A stretch of 64,000 nt of DNA from PVC group bacterium (lineage in GTDB: Bacteria; Verrucomicrobiota; Kiritimatiellia; CAIKKV01; CAITUY01), in the NCBI GenBank assembly GCA_945890715.1, contig CAMDCX010000005.1, positions 2,478-66,477 of the forward strand, written 5' to 3'. The position numbers and the translations under genes were made by a program. The notes under the pieces were generated by a model, which was not told where the DNA came from, did no database searches, and worked only from the letters and a program-made list of their open reading frames with translations. Position 1 is the stretch's first letter; each line of letters starts with the position of its first letter. Below are positions 1 through 8,603 of the stretch, in pieces.

Positions 1-830
1 CCCAAAACAACAAAGTCATGTCGGTTGAGGGTGATTGGGATACCGTTGCCGGCTCATTAAGGTTGTTGCATCCCCTGACCCAAGACAGGCGGCATGCGGT
101 TTTTGCCGGGGTCTCCCAGGGCTTTCGCGCGCCGAATCTGTCCGACCTGACACGGTTGGACACGGCCAGGAGCAATGAAATCGAAACCCCAGTTTCCAGT
201 TTGGATCCCGAGCATTTCCTGTCGTATGAGGCGGGGGTGAAATCCCGGTTCGACTGTGTTTCATCGGCGTTGACCTACTATTATACCGATATTGAAAGCA
301 TGATTGTCCGGGCGCCGACCGGGCGAACGATTGACGGGTTGAATGAAGTAACCAAGAAAAATTCAGGCAATGGTTACATACAGGGTGTTGAATGGTTCAA
401 TACGGTGACGGTCTCGGAGAGTTGGTCCGGCTGGTTGAGTGCCAGTTGGATGGACGGTGAAGTGGACTCCTATCCGACCTCAGCCCCCGCCAAGCAGCGT
501 GACACCATGACGCGCCTGATGCCGCCCACCGCTCAGGTGGGGGTGCGCGCCCAGACGGGGAATGCCAAATATTGGGCTGAGGGGGTGTGTGATGCGGCGG
601 AGAAGGCGGACAAATTGTCGGCGGATGACAAGCGTGATACGCAGCGCATTCCGCCGGGAGGAACCCCGGGGTATGCGGTGTTTGGGATTCGGGTCGGCTC
701 CCAGGTAACCTCTTCCCTGGCCCTGTCGCTCGCGGTGGAAAACCTGCTGAATGAGGACTATCGCATTCATGGCTCGGGTTGCAATGAGCCGGGGCGTAAT
801 TTTATTCTGACAGGCCGTTATACGTTTTGA
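1..830 (+). CDS. TonB-dependent outer-membrane receptor, C-terminal part (5' end lies outside the window)
   Basis: The reading frame is open from the window edge (same frame as ORF 18..830). It contains ...VSQGFRAPNLSDLTRLD... and ends ...NFILTGRYTF, with the terminal aromatic residue typical of TBDR beta-barrels. Confidence 0.8.
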   Translation, partial: QNNKVMSVEGDWDTVAGSLRLLHPLTQDRRHAVFAGVSQGFRAPNLSDLTRLDTARSNEIETPVSSLDPEHFLSYEAGVKSRFDCVSSALTYYYTDIESMIVRAPTGRTIDGLNEVTKKNSGNGYIQGVEWFNTVTVSESWSGWLSASWMDGEVDSYPTSAPAKQRDTMTRLMPPTAQVGVRAQTGNAKYWAEGVCDAAEKADKLSADDKRDTQRIPPGGTPGYAVFGIRVGSQVTSSLALSLAVENLLNEDYRIHGSGCNEPGRNFILTGRYTF

Positions 831-891
831 TTCCGAACGGTTCACGAAACAGAGCCTTGCGCGACTTCAGGGAGTACTCTATAATGAGCGT

Positions 892-1164
892 ATGAAAACT
901 CTAACCATTACAGAAGGGCGGGGACGGCTTGGCTACTGGCTCAAGAAAGCCACTCAAGGGGATGACATCGGATTCGTGTTTGAAGGGAAGATTATCGCGT
1001 TACGCCCGGTGGAAGTTTATTCCAGTGACTACGCGCTCCAGGAATACGGATTAAGCCAATCCGATATGATGGTAGTGGAAAAGAAGGTTGGCGCGACCCT
1101 TGAGAAGGCGCGCTCCCGCGGTGAGATTACGAAATTTACCGGGGGCAAGAATGATTTCTGTTGA
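892..1164 (+). CDS. Phd/YefM-like antitoxin (putative)
   Basis: A 90-aa ORF with N-terminus MKTLTITEGRGRLGYWLKKA..GDDIGFVFEGKIIALRPV, the pattern typical of Phd/YefM antitoxins. It overlaps the next small ORF by 14 nt. Confidence 0.5.
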   Translation: MKTLTITEGRGRLGYWLKKATQGDDIGFVFEGKIIALRPVEVYSSDYALQEYGLSQSDMMVVEKKVGATLEKARSRGEITKFTGGKNDFC

Positions 1165-1426
1165 ACTCACCAAGCGATTCAAAAAACTGGTGAGGGAGTC
1201 GGGGCGGGAGGAGGAAGTTTCCGCTACCCTCAAATGCGTGCTGGAGGGATTTGGTGATCCGCATGCGCACGCAGGTCTTTCCATCCGGAAGCTGGGGAAA
1301 GGGCTTTACGAATGCCGGACGGGCTTGGCATTGAGGTTGATATTTCTGGCTCAAAAGGGAGTATTAACTTTTGATTTTGCCGGAACTCACGACGAGGTGC
1401 GAGCCTATCTTCGCGATCACCGTTGA
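1151..1426 (+). CDS. RelE/ParE-superfamily-like toxin (putative)
   Basis: An internal ATG at 1151 gives a 91-aa product containing ...GLSIRKLGKGLYECRTGLALRLIFLAQKGVLTFDFAGTHDEV..., which resembles RelE/HigB-type toxins. It is coupled to the upstream antitoxin-like ORF. Confidence 0.45.
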   Translation: MISVELTKRFKKLVRESGREEEVSATLKCVLEGFGDPHAHAGLSIRKLGKGLYECRTGLALRLIFLAQKGVLTFDFAGTHDEVRAYLRDHR

Positions 1427-1536
1427 AATGGGCATCCGAGAGTTCAGTAAGGGGTTGTCAAACTCGTGAATCCGAGCGATGTCCCTGTCGGCATCATGAA
1501 ATGCGTCTGGCATGTTTTAAGGTGATTTGCTAAATC

Positions 1537-1731
1537 ATGAGCATGATTTCTAAGTCCACCCTTAAATCACAACAACGCATACGGCAGCAGAAGCTTGGAC
1601 AGTTTTTGACTGCGACGCCTACTGCCGATTTCATGTCGGCAATGTTCGGGCCGCTTCCGAGCAAGGTTCGTTTGCTTGATGCGGGGGCTGGTTCTGGCGC
1701 ACTCACTTACGCATTTGTCTCTCGCGTGTGT
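1537..1731 (+). pseudogene. N6-adenine DNA methyltransferase (PstI/Eco57I-like), N-terminal fragment only
   Basis: Contains KLGQFLTATPTADFMSAMF and the SAM motif-I-like VRLLDAGAGSGALTYAF. Homology stops abruptly where the GGGAACAAGGTGAC repeat block begins at 1732. Confidence 0.6.
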
Positions 1732-1897
1732 GGGAACAAGGTGACAGGCTAGAATGGCACTTTGGGAACAAGGTGACTGGGAACAAGGTTGGGAACAAGG
1801 TGACAGCCTGTCACCTTGTTCCGATGAAAGATAGCTCGGAAATTCACGGCTTACAGTCTATTAGCCTGTCACCAGCCTGTCACCTTGTTCCGGTCTT
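1732..1897. mobile_element. MITE/REPIN-like miniature element made only of the end sequences of the 9.5-10.7 kb element
   Basis: Four direct GGGAACAAGG(TGAC) copies start at 1732, 1764, 1779 and 1791. A 31-nt perfect palindrome lies at 1792-1822. Segment 1823-1866 is identical over 44 nt to 10632-10675, and GTCACCTTGTTCCGGTCTTG is also shared with 10677-10696. Confidence 0.6.
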
Positions 1898-1972
1898 GAC
1901 TTCGCTTCTCATGGGTGTCCCTGGTCCCCCTCAGAAAAGCGATTTCTTATCCATTCAGCTGCGGACGGAGGG

Positions 1973-3079
1973 TTAGTCGATCAAGGCGCCGGCGCACCAG
2001 ATGACGGCAAGCTGTCCGTGGAGGTCGCCTTTCACGCGGGGACGTTCCAGATAAGTTTTTTCCACTTTGTTCGGATTTGTGCCCACGCAGACGTCGCTGA
2101 CGTTCCCTTCATCGTCCACCCGTTCGGCCAAGGCCAGCCAGCCTCTGCGGATTGCGGTTTTGTACTGGTCACCCACGAGGAATCCATTTTTGACCCCGAG
2201 CACCATGGCATAGACGAACATCCCAGTCCCGGAGGTCTCCTCCCAGTAGTCCGGCTTGTCCAGCAACTGACGCCAGAGTCCTGTTTTGCTCTGGCATGCG
2301 AGCAGCGCATCCATCATCATGGTGAAGCGTGCCCGGATAAAGGCGTAGTGCGGATGGTCCTTGGGCAGGACCGTGAGCAACTCGGCCATGCCCGCCGCAA
2401 ACCAGCCGTTTCCTCGCGACCAATAGTAGGGGGCGAAGGGCGCATGTATGAAGAGCCCATTGTCCTTCTGAAGCTTGGCCAAGTAGTCGGCCGTCAGATC
2501 CGCAGTGCGGTCCAGATAAATTCTATTGCCGCTGACGCGGTAGGCGGAGACCTGAAGCGCATTGATCACGTACATGTCATCGACCCAGTAACGCGCCTCC
2601 CGCGTGAATCCGTTTGTCGAAGGATCCTGCCATTGGCGGTCGGCGAAGGAGAGTCCGAGGCTCATGTATTTGGGATCCGGCATGGTCTTGTAGATTTCCA
2701 GTGGGAGGACGCCGGTCACGCGAAAGTCCCCATGCGCGTTGGTACTGAGATACCCGGCACCCTGTTGCCCTAGGAAGAAGTCAAACCGCTTCGTGGCCTT
2801 ATCCAAGATTGCTTCTTCCTCCGCCCGGTTGGCGACGATCAGCGCGCCACGCCAAGCCAGCACTTCAGGATAGATCAACGATTTCCGACGCTTGTTGACC
2901 TGGAAGTCAAAGGGACGGTTTAATATATTCTCCGACATGAGAAGTCCGATTTTCTTCGGCGAGGCTTCAGAAGGCCAGTCGGTGATGTTCGCGCTGTCCT
3001 TCTGGGACCACTCCTCAAAGGCCTGGCACGCTGATAGCGCGATCAAGGCGAAACATACAAACAACGTACTTTTAGTCAT
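1973..3079 (-). CDS. Unsaturated rhamnogalacturonyl hydrolase (GH105, Pfam Glyco_hydro_88 type, YteR-like), secreted
   Basis: A 368-aa ORF with a signal/lipobox-like N-terminus (ALIALSAC). It contains WVDDMYVINAL and ...WSRGNGWFAAGMAELL... motifs typical of GH105/GH88. It lies directly downstream of a rhamnogalacturonan lyase. Confidence 0.8.
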   Translation of the reverse strand: MTKSTLFVCFALIALSACQAFEEWSQKDSANITDWPSEASPKKIGLLMSENILNRPFDFQVNKRRKSLIYPEVLAWRGALIVANRAEEEAILDKATKRFDFFLGQQGAGYLSTNAHGDFRVTGVLPLEIYKTMPDPKYMSLGLSFADRQWQDPSTNGFTREARYWVDDMYVINALQVSAYRVSGNRIYLDRTADLTADYLAKLQKDNGLFIHAPFAPYYWSRGNGWFAAGMAELLTVLPKDHPHYAFIRARFTMMMDALLACQSKTGLWRQLLDKPDYWEETSGTGMFVYAMVLGVKNGFLVGDQYKTAIRRGWLALAERVDDEGNVSDVCVGTNPNKVEKTYLERPRVKGDLHGQLAVIWCAGALID

Positions 3080-3182
3080 CCTATTCTTCCTTCGTTAATC
3101 CGTCAGAAAACAGCAAATCACCCGGTCATCTTCGTAAAACCCTCAGAGCTTTTTGCAGTGTGCACGCCCCTGAAACTACCAG

Positions 3183-6100
3183 CTAATTACGCCGCGCGTT
3201 GATCCGAAAAAAATACTGCTGACCGGCGGGCACAGCGCTGGTTACAGAACAGGGGGAATCCTGCCCCTGTATTCCTCCATCCAGAAGCTGCCACGAACCC
3301 TCCAGCAAATTCGACCGGTAGAAAACATCGTAGCTCGCATTCGTCACACTCTGCCAACGAAGGGCCACTTCATTCATTCCCGGCTGCTCAATGGAGAGTA
3401 TGGAAAACTGTAGAGCATCGCCTCCGGCCTCAAGCTGGACGAAGTCATACATCAACCCCCTCACCGGCTGCACCGGCTTGGCGCCCGTCCAGGAGGCATT
3501 CTTGCTGACGGTGAACGCGATGACGTTGGTGCCCGGGTGCAGCCATGCCGGATCGAACGACCATTCCACCTGGCGAAACATGCCCGATTGTGTGGCGCTG
3601 CGGTAGATACTCGCGTCGTTGGTGAGGGACACGTCGGGCAGACTTGTGCCATTGACGGAGGTGAACAGAGTGCCACCCACACTGCCGGCCATGCCCAGCG
3701 TCAACACTACCGGCGCCGGCGGCAGGTCCGTCAACGTGAACTCGATCTTCCACACCGGGCTGAAATAGGTTCCATCGTCCATCGCCACGACGGACTGTGC
3801 GTAATACCAGTCGGCGGCCGAGCTACTGCCTACACGATAGACGAGGTCATTGGTGCCTTGCTCTTCCAGGTAGCGCCACCACAGGCCGAATTGTCGCATG
3901 CGATCACCAAAGCGGAACTCCCCCGCGCTCAGATCCGGCGTGCCGATCCGCCACAAGCGGCGTTCACGTCGTGGGGGTTGCCATTCCAGGAGGCCGAGAT
4001 CATGGGTGGCTCCCGGCGACACGGTCAGGTCGTCCAATCGAAACTCGCCCACCATCCCGGGCACGCGTGCAAACAACGTGTAGTTCCCGGGCCGCACCTT
4101 GGGAATCACGAAACTCCCATCCTCCGAAGCGCGCGTCCAGAACTGGTATCCCTCACTTTGCTGTTGCCAGTAGGAGCCCGGTTGGGCAAGCACCACCAGG
4201 GCATGGTTGGCCGACTCCCCCGGGATGCGCAACCGACCCGCGACAGTCCCCCGCGCGAGCGGATAGAGGGTCTCGTTCATCCACGCGTAAGGCCAGGCAT
4301 CCTTTTCCGCAGCGGCCTTGTTTTGGGCATCGTCCCACAGTTGCGCGGCGTTGGCGCCCGAGTTGATGTAAATGAAAAACGGCCCCATGATCTTGTCCCA
4401 CACCTGGTCCGCCGCCATCACGATGGGAGCGCTGCCAAAATGCTGGCCGTGGGGTATCCAGAGCAGCGTTGGGGTCGTGTCCGTCCCGTGAACGGTCTGG
4501 TTCGCCTTGGTGGGGCCCCCGTTGTAATACTCGACGCTGCCCATGACCATCCATAACCCGATCCTGTCGCTGGAAACCCCGTGCACGAGGTGAGCTTCTA
4601 TCGCGTTCGCCCAATCGTACTTAGTGTAAACCGGGTAATGATCCTCCGTGTAACCGGTTTCATTCGTATAGCTGCTCACCATCGGCAACCGGTGCGTGGC
4701 GTCCATGATCATCGGGCTGACCGTGGTATTCAGCAGAGCCGGCGCGATCATCTGTCCGGTCTTGCCTGGAGAGGCATAGGCGCGCGTGAAGACATTCCCG
4801 TCACAGCGAACCTTCATGAGTGTCTGGGTCAGGGATGCCTGGGGATTGCCCGGGCGGTGACGCCAGATGGCGTGCACACACAGCCCGCTGTCTCCGGCGC
4901 GAAGTGTGTAATGCAATTGCACTTTGAACCCTATGAGGTCGCTGTCGGTCAAGGCAATCTCTACGCGGGAGGGTGTGTTGGTCACCACACGGTAGCTGGC
5001 GCCGTCGAAGGCGACGTTTTCGCTTGCGCCTCCATCCTTGGAGCCGAAGGCGTCATAGTAGATGAGTCCGCCGTTCGCGAGCAGGTTGGCGCCGCCCGCC
5101 AGCCGCAGATCCGTGCACTCCCCGTTGCTCTTGGTGATGACGGCGGAGACAATGCCGTTGGCCAGTGTGAAGGTTGCGCCATTATCCGTGAGTGTGACGG
5201 GTTGAGCCGGTCCATCCAGGGCGCCCTGCAGGGCGAACGTGTAAGGATCGCGTTGCGGATCGGTGTTGCCGATGGAGACCGTGGCCGTCCGCGTGCCCGC
5301 TCCCTGGGGGAGAAATCGCGCCGTGAACGTCGCGGAACCGCCCGCCGCGACGGATGCGGACGGCTGCGAAATGACGCTGAAATCCGCCGCGTGTGCGCCG
5401 GTCACCGTCACTGGCGTCGCATTGGTCAATTCCAGCGCATAGGTCCCCGAATTGGTGATGGTGAACGTCCGCTCGATGGGAGCAACAATCGTCGTCGCGC
5501 CGAAGTCCGTTCCGGCCGCGGCGCTGACGCTGGTCATGCCGTTGGTCACGTCGCTGCCGTCAACGCCGAGAACACGCATCACCGGAAACGGACCCGAACC
5601 CTGCACCGCGAAAGTGTAGGGATGATGACCGAGATCCGTACTGCCGATGGAGACCGTCGCCACGCACGTTCCAGCGCCCAATGGTTCGAACTTCAGGTCG
5701 AAAGTCACCGCTTGGCCGGCGGGAATGTTCGTCGGTGACGGTTGCCGGGTTACCGTGAAGTCGGCGGCGTGATCGCCGAGCACCGCCACGGCGGGCGAAT
5801 TCGTCAGAAACAGTTCGGCCAGTCCGCTGTTGGTAATGGTGAACGTGTGAGTGAGCGGGTCGCCAAAGGAACGGTATCCGAAATCCGTCCCCGCGGCCGC
5901 CGTCGGCGCCGGTTCGCCGCAGGCGATCTCGGCGCCGTTCGTGCCGAGCACCGCCATCTCCGGCACATCGGAATTGAGACTGACCACCAGTCGCACTTCT
6001 CCAGCCCCGGCCTGCAAGGAATACAGTTTGCCGAACGGCATGTCGCCCAGTTCCAACCCGTTGTCCGTCAGGTTCCCGCCGTAGGTCATCAGGACGTAGG

Positions 6101-7340
6101 TCCCGTTAGTGAAGCCGGTCAGCCTCGTCACGTTCAGCACGCCGTCGAGCGTCAGGTCGCCCGCAATCACGATCTTGTCGCTCGCGTTCGTCTCCGCCAG
6201 CTCAAAACTGCACACGGACGAGGCGTTGAGCGCGAGCGACCCTACGTTCAGCGCGCCCGCGCTGCCCCCCGGCGCGACGATCCCGCCATTCTCCGCGGTC
6301 ACGGCGCCATGGACCGTCCCGGTACCGGCCAGGGTGGCGTTGCTGTTGACCGTCACGGCGGAATCGGCGGCCAGCGAGCCCGATACCCGCAGCGTCCCGC
6401 CGCCAACCGCGGTCGCGCCCGAATAGGTATTCGTCGCGCTCAGCGTAAGCGTGCCGACGCCCGTCTTGGTGAGGCTGCCCGATCCCGCGATCAAATTGCT
6501 GACGGTCAGCGTTGTGCCGGAATCGACCGAAAACGTGCCCCCGCCACTCCCGAGCGTGATCCCGCGATTGCTGTCGTTAATGGCAAACGAGTTCGTCGTC
6601 CGCAGCGTTCCGCCGTCGAGTTTCAGGTGATCCGCCGCGAAGGCGGCGGGATTCTTGCCAATCCAATTCTCGCCGCCGATCGCCACGGTCCCGCCGTTGA
6701 TGGTGGTCTTTCCGCCAATATCCGTGTATCCGCTTTGAGGTCCCTTGAGGGTGAGCGTTCCGGCGCCGCTCTTCACCAGATTCGCGTCGGCCATGTACGA
6801 CCCCGCGGAATTGCGGAACGCGAGGAACTCGATCGTGATGTTGCCACCCGTGAAATGCACGTCCCGGATAAGGGCGGTGGCATTGCCATAGGAAACCACC
6901 CTGGGCAGCGTGAGCAGTCCGCTGCTATCATTCCGTATCAGGATCGCACTGGCGCTAAAAATCTGAAAAACGATTGTCGAAGCCGCGAACGTGATATTCC
7001 CGCTTCCTCCCGTCACCGAAACGTTCGTTCCGTACATGCCGAACGTGGCGCCGCCGGAAGTCAGCGAGAAATCCTGACCTCCTGAGTAGGTCATATTCCA
7101 AAATGCGGGATACGTGGTATGCGATACGGCCGTGCCGCCGCTCCAGGTGGTGAAGAAAACGTCGTCAGCGCTACCCGGCGCCGCGTTTTCCACCCAGTTT
7201 CCTGCTGTCCCCCATGCGCCGCTCGCGGCATCGGCTTTCCATGTGCGGTTCGCCCCCATGGCTTGCGGCGCCGTTCCTGCCATTCCCATCGCCAGTAGAA
7301 TTCCGGGCAACAACATCTCGATGAATCTATAATGCTTCAT
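3183..7340 (-). CDS. Large secreted modular rhamnogalacturonan lyase (PL4-like) with autotransporter-associated beta-strand repeats and two Ig-like repeats
   Basis: 1385 aa with a signal peptide. Residues ~190-460 carry repeated G(A/V)GTLTL...NTYSG.T.V.GGTL units (autotransporter-associated beta strand repeat). Residues 461-706 are two tandem ~120-aa copies (TFTITNSG...AADF.V...VSIG.TD..PYTFA.QG). Residues ~715-1300 resemble rhamnogalacturonate lyase (VTLTDNGATFTLANGIVSAVITK...LIYYDAFG...). A ~75-aa C-terminal domain follows. Confidence 0.75.
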   Translation of the reverse strand: MKHYRFIEMLLPGILLAMGMAGTAPQAMGANRTWKADAASGAWGTAGNWVENAAPGSADDVFFTTWSGGTAVSHTTYPAFWNMTYSGGQDFSLTSGGATFGMYGTNVSVTGGSGNITFAASTIVFQIFSASAILIRNDSSGLLTLPRVVSYGNATALIRDVHFTGGNITIEFLAFRNSAGSYMADANLVKSGAGTLTLKGPQSGYTDIGGKTTINGGTVAIGGENWIGKNPAAFAADHLKLDGGTLRTTNSFAINDSNRGITLGSGGGTFSVDSGTTLTVSNLIAGSGSLTKTGVGTLTLSATNTYSGATAVGGGTLRVSGSLAADSAVTVNSNATLAGTGTVHGAVTAENGGIVAPGGSAGALNVGSLALNASSVCSFELAETNASDKIVIAGDLTLDGVLNVTRLTGFTNGTYVLMTYGGNLTDNGLELGDMPFGKLYSLQAGAGEVRLVVSLNSDVPEMAVLGTNGAEIACGEPAPTAAAGTDFGYRSFGDPLTHTFTITNSGLAELFLTNSPAVAVLGDHAADFTVTRQPSPTNIPAGQAVTFDLKFEPLGAGTCVATVSIGSTDLGHHPYTFAVQGSGPFPVMRVLGVDGSDVTNGMTSVSAAAGTDFGATTIVAPIERTFTITNSGTYALELTNATPVTVTGAHAADFSVISQPSASVAAGGSATFTARFLPQGAGTRTATVSIGNTDPQRDPYTFALQGALDGPAQPVTLTDNGATFTLANGIVSAVITKSNGECTDLRLAGGANLLANGGLIYYDAFGSKDGGASENVAFDGASYRVVTNTPSRVEIALTDSDLIGFKVQLHYTLRAGDSGLCVHAIWRHRPGNPQASLTQTLMKVRCDGNVFTRAYASPGKTGQMIAPALLNTTVSPMIMDATHRLPMVSSYTNETGYTEDHYPVYTKYDWANAIEAHLVHGVSSDRIGLWMVMGSVEYYNGGPTKANQTVHGTDTTPTLLWIPHGQHFGSAPIVMAADQVWDKIMGPFFIYINSGANAAQLWDDAQNKAAAEKDAWPYAWMNETLYPLARGTVAGRLRIPGESANHALVVLAQPGSYWQQQSEGYQFWTRASEDGSFVIPKVRPGNYTLFARVPGMVGEFRLDDLTVSPGATHDLGLLEWQPPRRERRLWRIGTPDLSAGEFRFGDRMRQFGLWWRYLEEQGTNDLVYRVGSSSAADWYYAQSVVAMDDGTYFSPVWKIEFTLTDLPPAPVVLTLGMAGSVGGTLFTSVNGTSLPDVSLTNDASIYRSATQSGMFRQVEWSFDPAWLHPGTNVIAFTVSKNASWTGAKPVQPVRGLMYDFVQLEAGGDALQFSILSIEQPGMNEVALRWQSVTNASYDVFYRSNLLEGSWQLLDGGIQGQDSPCSVTSAVPAGQQYFFRINARRN
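5223..5960 (-). repeat. Intragenic tandem duplication encoding two choice-of-anchor-D/HYDIN-like Ig domains
   Basis: Residues 461-582 and 587-706 of the lyase align along their full length (AAAGTDFG...TFTITNSG...AADF.V..QPS...AG...F...F.P.GAGT..ATVSIG.TD...PYTFA.QG). Confidence 0.7.
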
Positions 7341-7487
7341 TTGTATGTAGCCTTTACTTGTCCTGCATGGGGAGCCCTTGCCTGGAACTTTGGGGAAGAA
7401 CCCCGGCTATAAACGGAGTCTTCTTGATAGCCAGGTCAGAGTGTGTCGGCGCCCAGAGACGTGAAAATTCGACCGTTTACAAGGCGA

Positions 7488-8465
7488 TTACCGTATCGAG
7501 ATCACGGTGCCCTGGATCTGCACGCGGTACCGCACGATCACGATGCCCGAGCCGCCGTTGCCGCCTCCGCCTCCGCCGCCTGTATTTGGTAATCCTGATT
7601 CAGCCGCGATGGCTGTATCACCTGTGCTCACGCGGCCTTTACCTCCGCCACCTAACCCGCCACTGGCAGCCGCGGGGGCAGGCGTACCTCCCCCTCGAGC
7701 GCCGCCACCGCCGCCGCCGGCGTATGGGGTTGGTGTACCTGTAATAGACGACTCTTTGCCATCACCGCCCTTGCCGCCTGCGGGACCAAATGTGTCTGCC
7801 CCGGCGGCCAAAGCTCCGCCACCGCCACCGCCGGCCCGCAGGGTATAAGGTGAAGATTGGCCTCTTCCCTTTCCGCCGCTTGAGCCTTGCGACGGCGTGG
7901 TAGGGGGCATATTCCCGCCGCCGCCGGCGCCATGGTTGCCATCGTTGTTTCCGCCGCCCCCGCCGCCAGAGCCGCCAGCAGCCCCGGGCCAAAGAGTACT
8001 GGTAGTCGTCGAGTGATTCCCGCCGCCCCCGCCACCGGCCGATATGATGCCGGCAAATGAGGATTGACCGCCGTTCTCCCCTATTGCTGTAGCTGTTCCC
8101 TTATTTCCTCCAACTCCGACTTCAATCGGATAATCTTGTATGCTGACAGTCAAACTGCCTTCTCTAAACCCACCACCGCCTCCTCCGCCGCCATAGGCAT
8201 TACCACCGCCGCCGCCGCCGCCGACCACCAGGTATTCGACCTCGCCGCCTGCTGTAACTTCTAATGGGCCGGACCCGGTGTTCGTGAAGCTATGGACTCT
8301 CCAGCGCGTACCCGTGTCGTCCGGATACTCTTGCTCAATTCCGCCTTTGGCTTGCACCCAGGAAGCCTGCGCCGTCCCCATCATCCCCATCGCCAAGGCG
8401 AACACCGCGGCGATCATCCGCACGGATTTGAACTTTCGTGTCTTCTTGAACTTTCGTGTCTTCAT
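7488..8465 (-). CDS. Secreted glycine-rich domain protein
   Basis: 325 aa with signal peptide ...AMGMMGTAQA. It has long GGGGGG runs interspersed with short beta segments and ends ...GGSGIVIVRYRV..., as in glycine-rich-domain proteins. The strand choice is supported by the signal peptide; the overlapping ORFs are Pro/Ala-rich mirror artefacts. Confidence 0.7.
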   Translation of the reverse strand: MKTRKFKKTRKFKSVRMIAAVFALAMGMMGTAQASWVQAKGGIEQEYPDDTGTRWRVHSFTNTGSGPLEVTAGGEVEYLVVGGGGGGGNAYGGGGGGGGFREGSLTVSIQDYPIEVGVGGNKGTATAIGENGGQSSFAGIISAGGGGGGNHSTTTSTLWPGAAGGSGGGGGGNNDGNHGAGGGGNMPPTTPSQGSSGGKGRGQSSPYTLRAGGGGGGALAAGADTFGPAGGKGGDGKESSITGTPTPYAGGGGGGARGGGTPAPAAASGGLGGGGKGRVSTGDTAIAAESGLPNTGGGGGGGNGGSGIVIVRYRVQIQGTVISIR

Positions 8466-8603
8466 GTCAACGATCCTCCCTTGCCGCTTGTCAGTTGCAT
8501 CACATCCCTATTGTTCAAGCCAGTCTACAAGAAGACGCCCTTGTGGGCAACGGATGGAACAGCGGTCTTTGTGCGTTTTTCGCACATACGGCGGAACTGG
8601 GCG

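Noticed and set aside
1732-1822. The tandem GGGAACAAGGTGAC copies (and the 14-bp repeats at 9755-9810) might be a small CRISPR array.
   Set aside because: The repeats are only 9-16 nt long and are directly abutting or irregularly spaced, without spacers of uniform length. They include inverted copies. No cas genes are present. They are better explained as REP/transposon end repeats.
3391-7332. There are many long ORFs on the plus strand and in alternative frames inside the lyase gene (for example 3537..4556, 4581..5738, 5742..7085).
   Set aside because: They have Arg/Gly/Pro-rich low-complexity translations typical of antisense frames in GC-rich coding DNA. The minus-strand 1385-aa ORF has a signal peptide and recognisable domains throughout.
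7507-8056. ORFs 7358..7744, 7507..7848, 7652..8056 and 7762..7992 overlap the glycine-rich gene.
   Set aside because: They are Pro-, Ala- or Arg-rich mirror-image translations of GGN repeats. Only the 7488..8465 minus frame has a start context, a signal peptide and a family-like C-terminus.
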